From NCBI GenBank assembly GCA_018260615.1, contig JAGWDQ010000113.1, positions 1 to 28,102 of the forward strand: a stretch of 28,102 nt of DNA, in the 5' to 3' direction. The DNA comes from Candidatus Altarchaeum sp. (GTDB taxonomy: Archaea > Altiarchaeota > Altiarchaeia > Altiarchaeales > Altiarchaeaceae). Positions within the stretch are counted from its first letter, which is position 1. The number at the start of each line of letters is the position of its first letter. Under the pieces are notes generated by a model. That model saw only the letters and a program-made list of their open reading frames with translations. It did no database searches and was not told the DNA's origin. Shown piece after piece: positions 8,083 to 16,559 of this stretch. The position numbers were made by a program, and so were the translations under genes.

Positions 8083-9465
8083 TTAAACTAATTTATTCAG
8101 TTCTTCATTTGCAATCTTTCTCCCGAATTCAATTAATTCCTTCGCCCTGCTCTCTGTTTTTCCTTCTGCAAATATTCTGTAAATCGGCTCTGTCCATGAA
8201 GGTCTGAATAAAACCCATCCGTCACTGAAATAAATTTTAACCCCGTCGGTTTCATCAATTTTAGTGTTGTTCATTTCTATCTTTATTCTATCTTTTATTG
8301 CAGCGGTCAATTTATTCTTTAATTCATCCCTACACTGAATTTTTTCCTTAATCTGGTAAAATTTCGGATATTCGGCAATTATTTCCGAAAGGTCTTTCTT
8401 TTTTTCATGCAAAATTTTTAAAATTTGGACAGCAGTTAATCCTCCTTCTCTTCCTAAATTCAGAGTTGGAAATATACTTCCCCCGTTTTCTTCAAATCCG
8501 AAAACCGCGTTATTTTTCATTATCGCCCCGACAACATCAGCAGCACCGACTTTTGTTCTTATAACTCGTCCTCCATTCTTTTCAGCAACATACTCAATTA
8601 TTGCAGAAGTAGTTATTCCAGTAACAACAATATCACCTTTTCTCATCAAATAATCTGCAATTATTGCCCCTACCATGTCCCCCATAACATACTCTCCTTT
8701 ATCATCAATAAATATACTTCTGTCTCCGTCTCCGTCAAATGCCATTCCGATATCTGCATTTAATGCCCTGACTACTTTCATTAAATTTTCCAGATTTTTT
8801 TTGTCCGGCTCGGAAGGTCTGCCCGGAAAGAATCCATCCATCTGGGCATTGAGCGTTATAACTTTATGTCCTAGTTCTCTTAAAATCTGAGGCATAACAT
8901 TTGACTGCGCTCCGTGTCCGGTATCAACAATTATGGTCAATGCATCTTCTTTGCTTACTTTTACTCCTTCTTTTAAAAGCATTTCTTTATAAATTTTTCC
9001 CGCATCGGCAGTATAAATTTTTCCGATTTCATTCCACGAAGCCCTTTTAAATTTATTGCCAAAATAGATATTTTCAATCTCTTCTTCAGTTTTCCCATAA
9101 ACCTCATTTCCATCGGGCATAAAAAATTTTAGTCCGTTTCTGTCTATCGGAATATGCGAGCCGGTAATCATAATACCCGCATCAAATTTATAAATTTTTT
9201 CCTTAACAGCGTATTGTATTGACGGAACAGGAGTAATTCCCGAATCATAAACATCACATCCCGCAGAAAGTAATCCGCTTATTACAGCAGTCCTTATCAT
9301 ATCCGATGAAGTTCTCGGATCCATCCCAACCAGAACATTTTTTGCATTAAATTTTTCATTCAGATAGTTTCCAAATACGCAGGCAATCTTTGAGCAAAAT
9401 TCAGGCGTTAAAAAGTCATTTGCAGTTCCTCTTATTCCCGTTGTTCCGAATAGTTTTCCGACCAT
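8083..9465 (-). CDS. alpha-D-phosphohexomutase (PMM/PGM or GlmM family)
   Basis: KLFGTTGIRG, active-site ITGSHIP, metal loop FDGDGDR, GFEENGG and VLFRPSWTEPIYRIFAE. Substrate specificity cannot be assigned. Confidence 0.92.
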   Translation of the reverse strand: MVGKLFGTTGIRGTANDFLTPEFCSKIACVFGNYLNEKFNAKNVLVGMDPRTSSDMIRTAVISGLLSAGCDVYDSGITPVPSIQYAVKEKIYKFDAGIMITGSHIPIDRNGLKFFMPDGNEVYGKTEEEIENIYFGNKFKRASWNEIGKIYTADAGKIYKEMLLKEGVKVSKEDALTIIVDTGHGAQSNVMPQILRELGHKVITLNAQMDGFFPGRPSEPDKKNLENLMKVVRALNADIGMAFDGDGDRSIFIDDKGEYVMGDMVGAIIADYLMRKGDIVVTGITTSAIIEYVAEKNGGRVIRTKVGAADVVGAIMKNNAVFGFEENGGSIFPTLNLGREGGLTAVQILKILHEKKKDLSEIIAEYPKFYQIKEKIQCRDELKNKLTAAIKDRIKIEMNNTKIDETDGVKIYFSDGWVLFRPSWTEPIYRIFAEGKTESRAKELIEFGRKIANEELNKLV

Positions 9466-9532
9466 TTTAAGTTAAATTTCTACTTTAAAAATTATTTAAA
9501 AATTAATTTTAGAAATAAAACAATTATAAAAT

Positions 9533-10543
9533 TTATTCGCATTCAACAACCCCATCCCTTTCCTTCACATTAAAACCAAATAAATTTACCGTATAAATGT
9601 TTGTCATTGCGTGCATCGTTGTGCTTATTTTTGCCTTTCCTTTTGCTAATGCAATGTATGGAATAATCTGGTCGCTCGTATGGGAATCAACTCCTGCATC
9701 ATTCCTGATTTCATTTATTAAATTTTTTGCACATTCAATCCCGACATCTTCCGCCTTCTTATTTACCTCTCCGAGCGAGCATGCCCCGATAACTGACTTT
9801 TCTGTTCTCGCAACTAATGTTATTCCACTGCCTGTTGAAAAGGTATTTGCATATTCCTCTTCTATATTAATCGTATCTGTCTTATCGCATAAATTTTCAC
9901 CCCTTAAAATTTTTTCCGCTGCATTTTTCTGCCTTCCAGCAACATTTCGGCTTTTTAAATCGGCACTTGCATGAGAAATCCCGTAAATTTCGGAAATTTT
10001 GCATTTTTCTGTAAAGTCAACAGGACTAAATTTATTAACCTTTTTAATCATAAGACGTACTTTCCCACATCCCTTAGGATAATATCCCCTTTTTAAAATT
10101 TCAATTTCTGCATTTAATCCGATTGTTTTTAAAATCTGAAGCGTTACAAATTTAACATAGTCAATAGACGGTGCAAACCGGACATCTGTTCCTCCGGTAA
10201 TTTCCAGTTCAACATTGTTGTTTATTGCAGCGAGCATCAATGCCTGTAAAACCAGAGGAATTGAGCCGGCAGTTCCTATATCGAGCGTAAATTTTTTGTC
10301 TGAAATTTCTTTCGGCTCAAATTCAATTTCGCATGAACCAATATTTAAGCCCCTAATATCTGCCTCGCATAATTTTCCGACTGCGTTTATTGCACTTATG
10401 TGCTGTGCTCTCAATCCGGGATTTTGTCTTTTTTTTCTTATATTTATAATTCTTATCGGTGTTTTTGTTAATGCACTCAGGGCAACACCTGTTCTTAAAA
10501 TCTGTCCGCCGCCTTCACCATACAGTCCGTTTATTATAAGCAT
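9533..10543 (-). CDS. rtcA: RNA 3'-terminal phosphate cyclase
   Basis: GEGGGQILRT, NPGLRAQH, GTAGSIPLVLQ, GGTDV..AP, RGYYPKG.G and catalytic His in DSHTSDQII. Confidence 0.93.
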   Translation of the reverse strand: MLIINGLYGEGGGQILRTGVALSALTKTPIRIINIRKKRQNPGLRAQHISAINAVGKLCEADIRGLNIGSCEIEFEPKEISDKKFTLDIGTAGSIPLVLQALMLAAINNNVELEITGGTDVRFAPSIDYVKFVTLQILKTIGLNAEIEILKRGYYPKGCGKVRLMIKKVNKFSPVDFTEKCKISEIYGISHASADLKSRNVAGRQKNAAEKILRGENLCDKTDTINIEEEYANTFSTGSGITLVARTEKSVIGACSLGEVNKKAEDVGIECAKNLINEIRNDAGVDSHTSDQIIPYIALAKGKAKISTTMHAMTNIYTVNLFGFNVKERDGVVECE

Positions 10544-10665
10544 ATTTTAATTAATTTAAAAATTTTTATTTGATTAAAAATTTAATTTGTAATTCTAATT
10601 TATAAATTTAAAACATATAAATTTAAATCATTCGGATATTAAATATTTATTAAAAATTTTAAAAG

Positions 10666-10869
10666 ATGAGTATAAAAGAGAAGATAGCCAAATTTCGGGA
10701 AACAATAAAATTTTGGCTCAAGGAAACAGGCCGGATTTTACGACTGACAAGAAAACCAAAACGCTCGGAATTTGACGAAGTTGCAAGAATTACCGGATTA
10801 GGAACAGTTTTATTAGGACTTGTTGGCTTTATCATATTTTTCATAAGCCAGCTCATAAGAATGTCATAA
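10666..10869 (+). CDS. secE: Preprotein translocase SecE/Sec61-gamma
   Basis: RILRLTRKPKRSEF motif followed by one TM helix; immediately upstream of spt5 as in conserved archaeal synteny. Confidence 0.9.
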   Translation: MSIKEKIAKFRETIKFWLKETGRILRLTRKPKRSEFDEVARITGLGTVLLGLVGFIIFFISQLIRMS

Positions 10870-10889
10870 AATTTATTTATAATTATAAA

Positions 10890-11411
10890 ATGATATTTGC
10901 GTTGAAAGTTACACAGGGACAGGAAAGAATAGTTGCAGAAATGTTTTACAATGAAGCGAAAAAACCATCTGCAAGCGGAACTACAAAAGGAATTCACAGT
11001 GTTGTTTATGTTACTACCCAAAGAGGATATATTTTTATTGAGGCGGAAAAAGATAATTACAGGGCAATAGAAGAAATGGCAAAGACAATTCCGAAAACAG
11101 GGCAATTAGTCGGAAGAAAAAATACAACCCTAAAAGTAGTAAAAACAAAAAAAGCAGACAAAACACCACCCAGGCCGGTGCTAATTGAGGAATTAGAAAA
11201 CATTATGTTCCCGAAGAAGATAGTTGCATTTTTAAATGCAGGTGATTTCGTTGAAGTTGTCAATGGACCTTTCAAAGGTGAGAAGGCAAGAGTTATAAAA
11301 GTAAACAAAGAGAAAAACGATGTAACAATTGAATTGACAGAATCAGCAGTTCCGATTCCGATAACATTAAAGGGCTCCGACTTAAGGGCTTTAAGTAAAG
11401 ACAGCAGATAA
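10890..11411 (+). CDS. spt5: Transcription elongation factor Spt5/NusG (NGN + KOW)
   Basis: IFALKVTQGQE and GYIFIEA in the NGN domain; KOW domain GDFVEVVNGPFKGEKARV..VPIPITL. Confidence 0.92.
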   Translation: MIFALKVTQGQERIVAEMFYNEAKKPSASGTTKGIHSVVYVTTQRGYIFIEAEKDNYRAIEEMAKTIPKTGQLVGRKNTTLKVVKTKKADKTPPRPVLIEELENIMFPKKIVAFLNAGDFVEVVNGPFKGEKARVIKVNKEKNDVTIELTESAVPIPITLKGSDLRALSKDSR

Positions 11412-11452
11412 ACGGATATATAAATATAATAAAAATTTATAAAATTTAAAAA

Positions 11453-12007
11453 ATGGAAAGGAAAAATACAGGTAAAGAAAATTTAGAGGACAGTATAGAA
11501 GAAGCGGAGGAAAATATGTCAGAATACTCAAAAGAAGAAGCGGAAGCAGACAGAAAAGCAGTAGAAGAAATAGCAAAAAATTACAGAAAAACAATTGAAG
11601 CAAATCCGGATGATATAGATGCACATTATATGCTGGGAATTACCTTACATGTATTGGAAAGATATGAAGAAGCGGAAAATGCCTACAAAAAAGTCATAGA
11701 AATGAATCCGGGTTATAAAGGCGTATATCACAATTTTGGAGCATTATTATCCGAATTGGAACGTTACGATGAAGCTGAGAAAGCATACCGAAAGGCAATA
11801 GAAATAAATCCTGATGATGTTTATTCATATAGTAATCTGGGATTTTTGTTTTATGATTTAAAACGATTTGATGAAGCAAAACAGGAAATTTTAAAGGCAA
11901 GAGAATTATTTAAAAAAGGAGGTGAATTTCTCGCAGAAGAAGAAATTGTTGAGATGGTTAAAGATTGCGATGAAATTTTGGATGAAATTTCAAAGACAAA
12001 AAATTAA
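11453..12007 (+). CDS. Tetratricopeptide repeat protein with acidic N-terminal extension
   Basis: About three 34-aa TPRs (AHYMLG..ERYEEAENAYKKVIEMNP; VYHNFG..ERYDEAEKAYRKAIEINP; SYSNLG..RFDEA). Confidence 0.87.
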   Translation: MERKNTGKENLEDSIEEAEENMSEYSKEEAEADRKAVEEIAKNYRKTIEANPDDIDAHYMLGITLHVLERYEEAENAYKKVIEMNPGYKGVYHNFGALLSELERYDEAEKAYRKAIEINPDDVYSYSNLGFLFYDLKRFDEAKQEILKARELFKKGGEFLAEEEIVEMVKDCDEILDEISKTKN

Positions 12008-12065
12008 AAAATTTAAATTACAAAAAAATACCCAAATAAAAATTTAAACTTAAAATTTAAAAATT

Positions 12066-12300
12066 ATTTAAACAAAAATTTAAAATAAGTTCGCTTCGCT
12101 CTCATTTAAAAATCTTGTAGATTTTTAAAGATTGAAAACTTGTAGTTTTCAGTAAAAATTTATAATTTTTAGTATATTTAAAATTTAAACAAAAATTTAA
12201 AATAAGTTCGCTTCGCTCTCATTTAAAAATCTTATAGATTTTTAAAGATTAAAAATTTATAATTTTTAGTATATTTAAAATTTAAACAAAAATTTAAAAT
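12066..12300 (+). repeat. Tandem duplication of the rpl11 upstream region with embedded repeat modules C and A
   Basis: Units 12066-12182 (117 bp) and 12183-12279 (97 bp), and a partial unit 12280-12300 ending at the rpl11 ATG. Unit 2 lacks the 20-bp GAAAACTTGTAGTTTTCAGT hairpin. Confidence 0.92.
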
Positions 12301-12769
12301 GCCGGAAATAATTGAATCGCTTGTTGACGGGGGAAACGCAAAACCAGGACCTCCGTTAGGTCCAATGCTCGGACCAACGGGAGTAAATATAAAGCAGGTT
12401 ATAGACGAGGTAAATAAAAAGACAAAGGATTTTGAAGGAATGAAAGTTCCGGTAAAAATCACAATTGACACAGGTACAAAAAAATTTGAAATTGAAGTCG
12501 GAACGCCGCCAACATCTGCATTATTAAAGAAAGAAATCGGTTTGGCAAAAGGAGGAAAAGATAAAAATTTTGTCGGGAACATCAGCATGGAGCAAATTTT
12601 GAAGGTTGTAAAGATGAAAAAAGATATAATGCTTGCGTCAAATTTAAAAGCAGCACTCAAAGAGGCGGCAGGAACATGTGTTTCTATGGGACTAACTATT
12701 GAGAATATGCCTCCGAAGGACTTCATAAAAGCAGTCAGTGATGGAAAATTTGATAAAAACATAAATTAG
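12299..12769 (+). CDS. rpl11: 50S ribosomal protein L11 (uL11)
   Basis: GGNAKPGPPLGPMLGPTGVN, KGMKVPV-like FEGMKVPVKI, GTPPTSALLKKE and GTCVSMG. Confidence 0.97.
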   Translation: MPEIIESLVDGGNAKPGPPLGPMLGPTGVNIKQVIDEVNKKTKDFEGMKVPVKITIDTGTKKFEIEVGTPPTSALLKKEIGLAKGGKDKNFVGNISMEQILKVVKMKKDIMLASNLKAALKEAAGTCVSMGLTIENMPPKDFIKAVSDGKFDKNIN

Positions 12770-12830
12770 ATTTTCTTATTTTTCTTCTTTATTTTTCATC
12801 GCACTTTTTTCTTTTTATTTTTTTAGTTTT
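12770..12830 (+). terminator. T-rich tract, probable archaeal intrinsic terminator for rpl11
   Basis: About 60 nt of oligo-T runs directly after the rpl11 stop, between convergent genes. Confidence 0.4.
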
Positions 12831-12831
12831 T

Positions 12832-13398
12832 TCATTTTTCCTTATTCTTTTTCATTTTTCCTTCCACAACAAAAATTTCCTCAAAAAACAATTTCTTTGA
12901 AGCGACCTTTTCCATCACAAATTTTTCGGTATATCTTTCCGGTGAAATTTTCGTCAGGGATGAAAGCAGGATGAGAAATTTTCCATCGTCTTTCAGGTGT
13001 GCATCAACTTCTTCAAAAAATTTTTCTATCGTTCCGTCATCATTCCATGCCCTTTCAATTAAGAAATTTATTTTATCATTTACGGGAAGGTAAGGAGAAT
13101 TAAAGACAATTAAATCAAATTTTTCTTTAATGTTTTCAAATAAATCACCCTTTCTAAATTCAATTTCGGTATTATTTAAATTTGCATTCTTTTTTGCAAT
13201 TTCAATTGCTTTGTCATTAATATCCGATGCAATAACAGATGCACCTTTCTGTGCGGCAACGAGCGCCAAAATTCCGGTTCCCGTTCCAATGTCAAGCACA
13301 TCTTTGCCTTCTAAATTTTCATAATTTTTCAAAACATCTGCAAGCAGGTATGAATCATCGCTTGGTTCATAAACATCCGGGTGGGTAAGCAATTTCAT
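12832..13398 (-). CDS. HemK2/PrmC-like (Mtq2/N6AMT1-type) SAM-dependent methyltransferase
   Basis: VYEPSDDSYLL, VLDIGTGTG and FNSPYLP (NPPY variant). Confidence 0.87.
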   Translation of the reverse strand: MKLLTHPDVYEPSDDSYLLADVLKNYENLEGKDVLDIGTGTGILALVAAQKGASVIASDINDKAIEIAKKNANLNNTEIEFRKGDLFENIKEKFDLIVFNSPYLPVNDKINFLIERAWNDDGTIEKFFEEVDAHLKDDGKFLILLSSLTKISPERYTEKFVMEKVASKKLFFEEIFVVEGKMKKNKEK

Positions 13399-13425
13399 AT
13401 TTAAATTTTTAAAATTTTACTTTAT

Positions 13426-13640
13426 TTAAAAATCCTTTGGATTTTTAAAGATTGAAAACTTGTAGTTTTCAGTATTTAAAAAATCTCACAGATTTTTTAT
13501 CGTACGGGAAAGTTCGTTTTATGATCCTCACACGGAGACACAAAGGAGTTATATTCTGTAACCTGGTGACTTTGTGGCTTTGTGTGAGTATTCTTCTGAT
13601 TTTTTTAAAGATTGAAAATTCTCAAAGAATTTTCAGTAAA
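13426..13640. repeat. Repeat mosaic: hairpin + module A + hairpin + module D (minus orientation) + module A
   Basis: Module A at 13442-13482 and 13602-13638. Module D at 13492-13608, of which 13566-13608 is the exact reverse complement of 26908-26950. Confidence 0.9.
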
Positions 13641-14751
13641 TTTCTTTAGGTAGGAAATCCTTTAATCGTCTCAATGCATTAATTTTTTCATGAGCACCTA
13701 TTTTTGCATTTTCAAGCCCCGTCTTTAAGGTTTCTATTGACTTGTCCAATAATTTTCTGCTTACTTTATAAGGATAACCGTCCTTCCCGCCGTGAGCAAA
13801 AGAATACTTTACTGGGTCTTTCCAGGATGGCTTTTCACCATAAACCAAATCGCTCAGCAACGCCAATGCCCTTATCGTTCCCGCCCCGACACCTTTAATT
13901 GCAATTAAGTCCTCATAATTTTTTGGCTGGGATTCATAAGCAAAATTTAATGCCTTTGCAATCCTCTCCGACTTCATCAGATTTTCATAGCCATTCAGAT
14001 AAATTTCGTGGTGCCTTGGCAGTTTAAAATTTTCCACCTCAAACAATGTTGTTTGTTTGCTGAAATAAAATTTTGTGCTTTTTTCTTTTGCCAGATCAAC
14101 ACTGCATTTTCTCGCATTCCTGCTTTCTCCGGCAACCATGTTCAACGGTTCAACCTTAACATCACAGCTTATGCCCGTATGCGGCTCATTAACAAAACCT
14201 TCGTCTTTCCTTAAATTTTCAGAAAGCCAGTGATACCTTCTCGCATACAGTGTTTCTGCATTCATCCCCTGCTGAATAACCGCCCATTTCCCGCCCTCGC
14301 TCAAAACAAACGAATGGTGATAAATTTCAAAACTATCCTGTAAGCAATCGTTATCAACCTTCGCAGAAAGACGGCTCGCTTTGATGAGTTCATCTGTTTT
14401 TTGCTGCGACAGGTTAAATTTCTCGGAAAAATTTTGTATTTCGGAGGGAGTATTTCTTGATGCCTTTCCCTTGCCGCCCAAAAAAGCAATTCCTATATCT
14501 TCATTATTTAACGCCTGTTTCAGTGCCCCGCAGGAAACTGTTGTCGTTCCGGATGAATGCCAGTCAAACCCAATAGCGCATGCAAATCCCTGAAACCAGA
14601 ATGGCTCGCTCAATCTTCTCAAAAATTCGTCCCTTCCAAACTCGTATATTATAACCTTTGAAATTTCCCTGCTCAAATTTGTCATTCGTTCAAAAAGCCA
14701 TCTCGGAGTTGTTCCGGGATGTAACGGTAAATCAACAAAGCCGGTTTTCAT
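13633..14751 (-). CDS. DUF763-family protein
   Basis: DLPLHPG.TPRWLF, RLSEPFWFQGFAC.IGFDWHSSGTTT, AKVDNDCLQD, W.VIQQGMN..YARRYHW, GVGAGTIRALAL and DPVKYSFAHGGKDGYPY. Confidence 0.88.
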   Translation of the reverse strand: MKTGFVDLPLHPGTTPRWLFERMTNLSREISKVIIYEFGRDEFLRRLSEPFWFQGFACAIGFDWHSSGTTTVSCGALKQALNNEDIGIAFLGGKGKASRNTPSEIQNFSEKFNLSQQKTDELIKASRLSAKVDNDCLQDSFEIYHHSFVLSEGGKWAVIQQGMNAETLYARRYHWLSENLRKDEGFVNEPHTGISCDVKVEPLNMVAGESRNARKCSVDLAKEKSTKFYFSKQTTLFEVENFKLPRHHEIYLNGYENLMKSERIAKALNFAYESQPKNYEDLIAIKGVGAGTIRALALLSDLVYGEKPSWKDPVKYSFAHGGKDGYPYKVSRKLLDKSIETLKTGLENAKIGAHEKINALRRLKDFLPKEIY

Positions 14752-14910
14752 ATAAATTTTTTAATAAAAATTAAATTTTTAACTTAATAATGTCAAATTA
14801 AAGTAATTAAAGCAGGCATAAAATTTTAAAACAACAATTTGGTAATTATGATTTAATCAATGCAACTAAATTTATAAACAACTATAAAAAGTATAACCGT
14901 CATTATACAA

Positions 14911-16149
14911 ATGGCCATTATAGAAAGACCTGAGGAAACCAAAAGAATAAACGAATGTAAAAAATGGGTTTTAGTGTACGGCAGAAGAAAGACGGGAAAG
15001 ACATTTCTTATACAAAATTTTGTTGATTATGATGAATATTATTTTGTCAAGCGTGATAAAAGTGTGTTCTCAAAAAATGACAAAAATTTAAATTACGACA
15101 CATTTCTTGAGTTATTCAAGCGCGACTTAAGAGACGATAAAACAATTATTGTTGATGAATTTCATCGTCTCGGAGACGAATTTTTTGATATGTTGCATTA
15201 CACAAAAAAGACAGGTAAATTAATTTTGATTTCCTCAACTTTGTTTCTTTCCAAGAAGATTCTCACATCTCACTCGCCGTTGCTGGGTTTATTTGCCGAA
15301 GTACCGTTAGGACTTATTTCGCTAAACGATTGTATAAAATTTTTGAGCAAGAACAAAGACGAGTTCAATATCCATAAAAAAGATATGTTTGAGATCGCGG
15401 TTCTAATGCGCGAACCAATTACAATAAATTATTTAAATAACGATTTAAGCAATCCAAGAGAGAAAATAATGATGATATTATCATCTTCCCTGCTGACTAT
15501 TCCCTCGCTTGTCGGGGAAATATTTAGTGAAGAAGAGCGAAATTTATCCTCGGTCTATGAAGGGGTCTTAAGAGCAATCGCCAGTGGAAAAGAAAATTCC
15601 GGAGAAATTTCTTCTTATTTGTTCTCAAAAAAACTGATAAAAAAGGACGATCCAAGTATGATTCAGCAATACCTGAATAATCTCCGACAATTCGGAATAG
15701 TTAAAAGAATAAATATTTATCAAAGAAAGGAATTTGCGTATAAACTTACTTCACCGCTAATGCGACTCTTTTATTACAGTGATGAGAAATACAACATATC
15801 AGAAAGAAAACCAAGTGATGCGGAGTTATTGAATATAATATCGGAGTTACTGCCGAGAATCGTTGAAGACGAAATCCGGGAATTTTTGGGCAATAAATTT
15901 GGATTACAGGAAAGTGTTGGCAGGGGAAAGGACTATGATATAGATATAATTTTATTGAAGTTCAAAAATCCGGAACTTGCCGGAGAGGTTAAATGGAAAG
16001 AGGTCATTAAAAGTGGAGATATAGAGAAGACCTACAAAAATCTTGAAAAAATTGAGACAAAAGAAAAGATATTATTTGTTCCCGATAAAAAAATTTATCC
16101 GAAAAACCTGAAAGGGATAAAAGTGGTTGATATTATGGATTTTGTTTAA
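14911..16149 (+). CDS. Archaeal P-loop ATPase fused to wHTH and PD-(D/E)XK nuclease domain (DUF234-type)
   Basis: Walker A VYGRRKTGKT, Walker B IIVDEFH, and C-terminal DIDIILL...AGEVKW. Confidence 0.85.
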   Translation: MAIIERPEETKRINECKKWVLVYGRRKTGKTFLIQNFVDYDEYYFVKRDKSVFSKNDKNLNYDTFLELFKRDLRDDKTIIVDEFHRLGDEFFDMLHYTKKTGKLILISSTLFLSKKILTSHSPLLGLFAEVPLGLISLNDCIKFLSKNKDEFNIHKKDMFEIAVLMREPITINYLNNDLSNPREKIMMILSSSLLTIPSLVGEIFSEEERNLSSVYEGVLRAIASGKENSGEISSYLFSKKLIKKDDPSMIQQYLNNLRQFGIVKRINIYQRKEFAYKLTSPLMRLFYYSDEKYNISERKPSDAELLNIISELLPRIVEDEIREFLGNKFGLQESVGRGKDYDIDIILLKFKNPELAGEVKWKEVIKSGDIEKTYKNLEKIETKEKILFVPDKKIYPKNLKGIKVVDIMDFV

Positions 16150-16236
16150 CCCATAATCTCGGAAAATTTATCAACTGCTTCTCTTTCCACCTAAAATTTA
16201 TATTCTAAAATTTCCTTTCAAGGTCATCTTCTCTTA

Positions 16237-16272
16237 TCAAAATAAAGGTAAATCAACAAATCCGGTTTTCAT
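16237..16272 (-). pseudogene. Relic 5' end of the DUF763 gene (MKTGFVDLPLF*)
   Basis: 16243-16275 matches 14722-14754 at 31/33 nt, and both differences are synonymous third positions. An AGGTGA RBS-like motif lies upstream. Confidence 0.75.
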
Positions 16273-16313
16273 ATATTTTCACCTGAATTTATTCTTTAAC
16301 CACATTGGCACAC

Positions 16314-16442
16314 CTAATGTATTAAGCCATACGAAGACAGATACCACACTGCAAGCACAATTACTGCTATCAAAGTCAATGCGGTTAATATTGGCCATAT
16401 AACCATATTCATATCCCAAAAATATTTTTTCACATTACCCAT
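16314..16442 (-). CDS. Small 42-aa single-pass membrane protein (below ORF-track cutoff)
   Basis: MGNVKKYFWDMNMVIWPILTALTLIAVIVLAVWYLSSYGLIH* with one clear hydrophobic helix; AT-rich promoter-like region upstream. Confidence 0.45.
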   Translation of the reverse strand: MGNVKKYFWDMNMVIWPILTALTLIAVIVLAVWYLSSYGLIH

Positions 16443-16559
16443 TTTACTATATTTTTTAACAAATATATAATTATAATCCTTGATATAATAAATTTATAAT
16501 TTTATCTTAAATAATTTAATTTTTAAAACAATAAATTCAGATTAATAAATACAATCATA

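Noticed and set aside
13080-13120. NSPY instead of NPPY in the HemK2-like methyltransferase (the findings entry titled placeholder carries no claim and should be ignored)
   Set aside because: A single substitution in an otherwise typical protein; not enough to infer a changed function.
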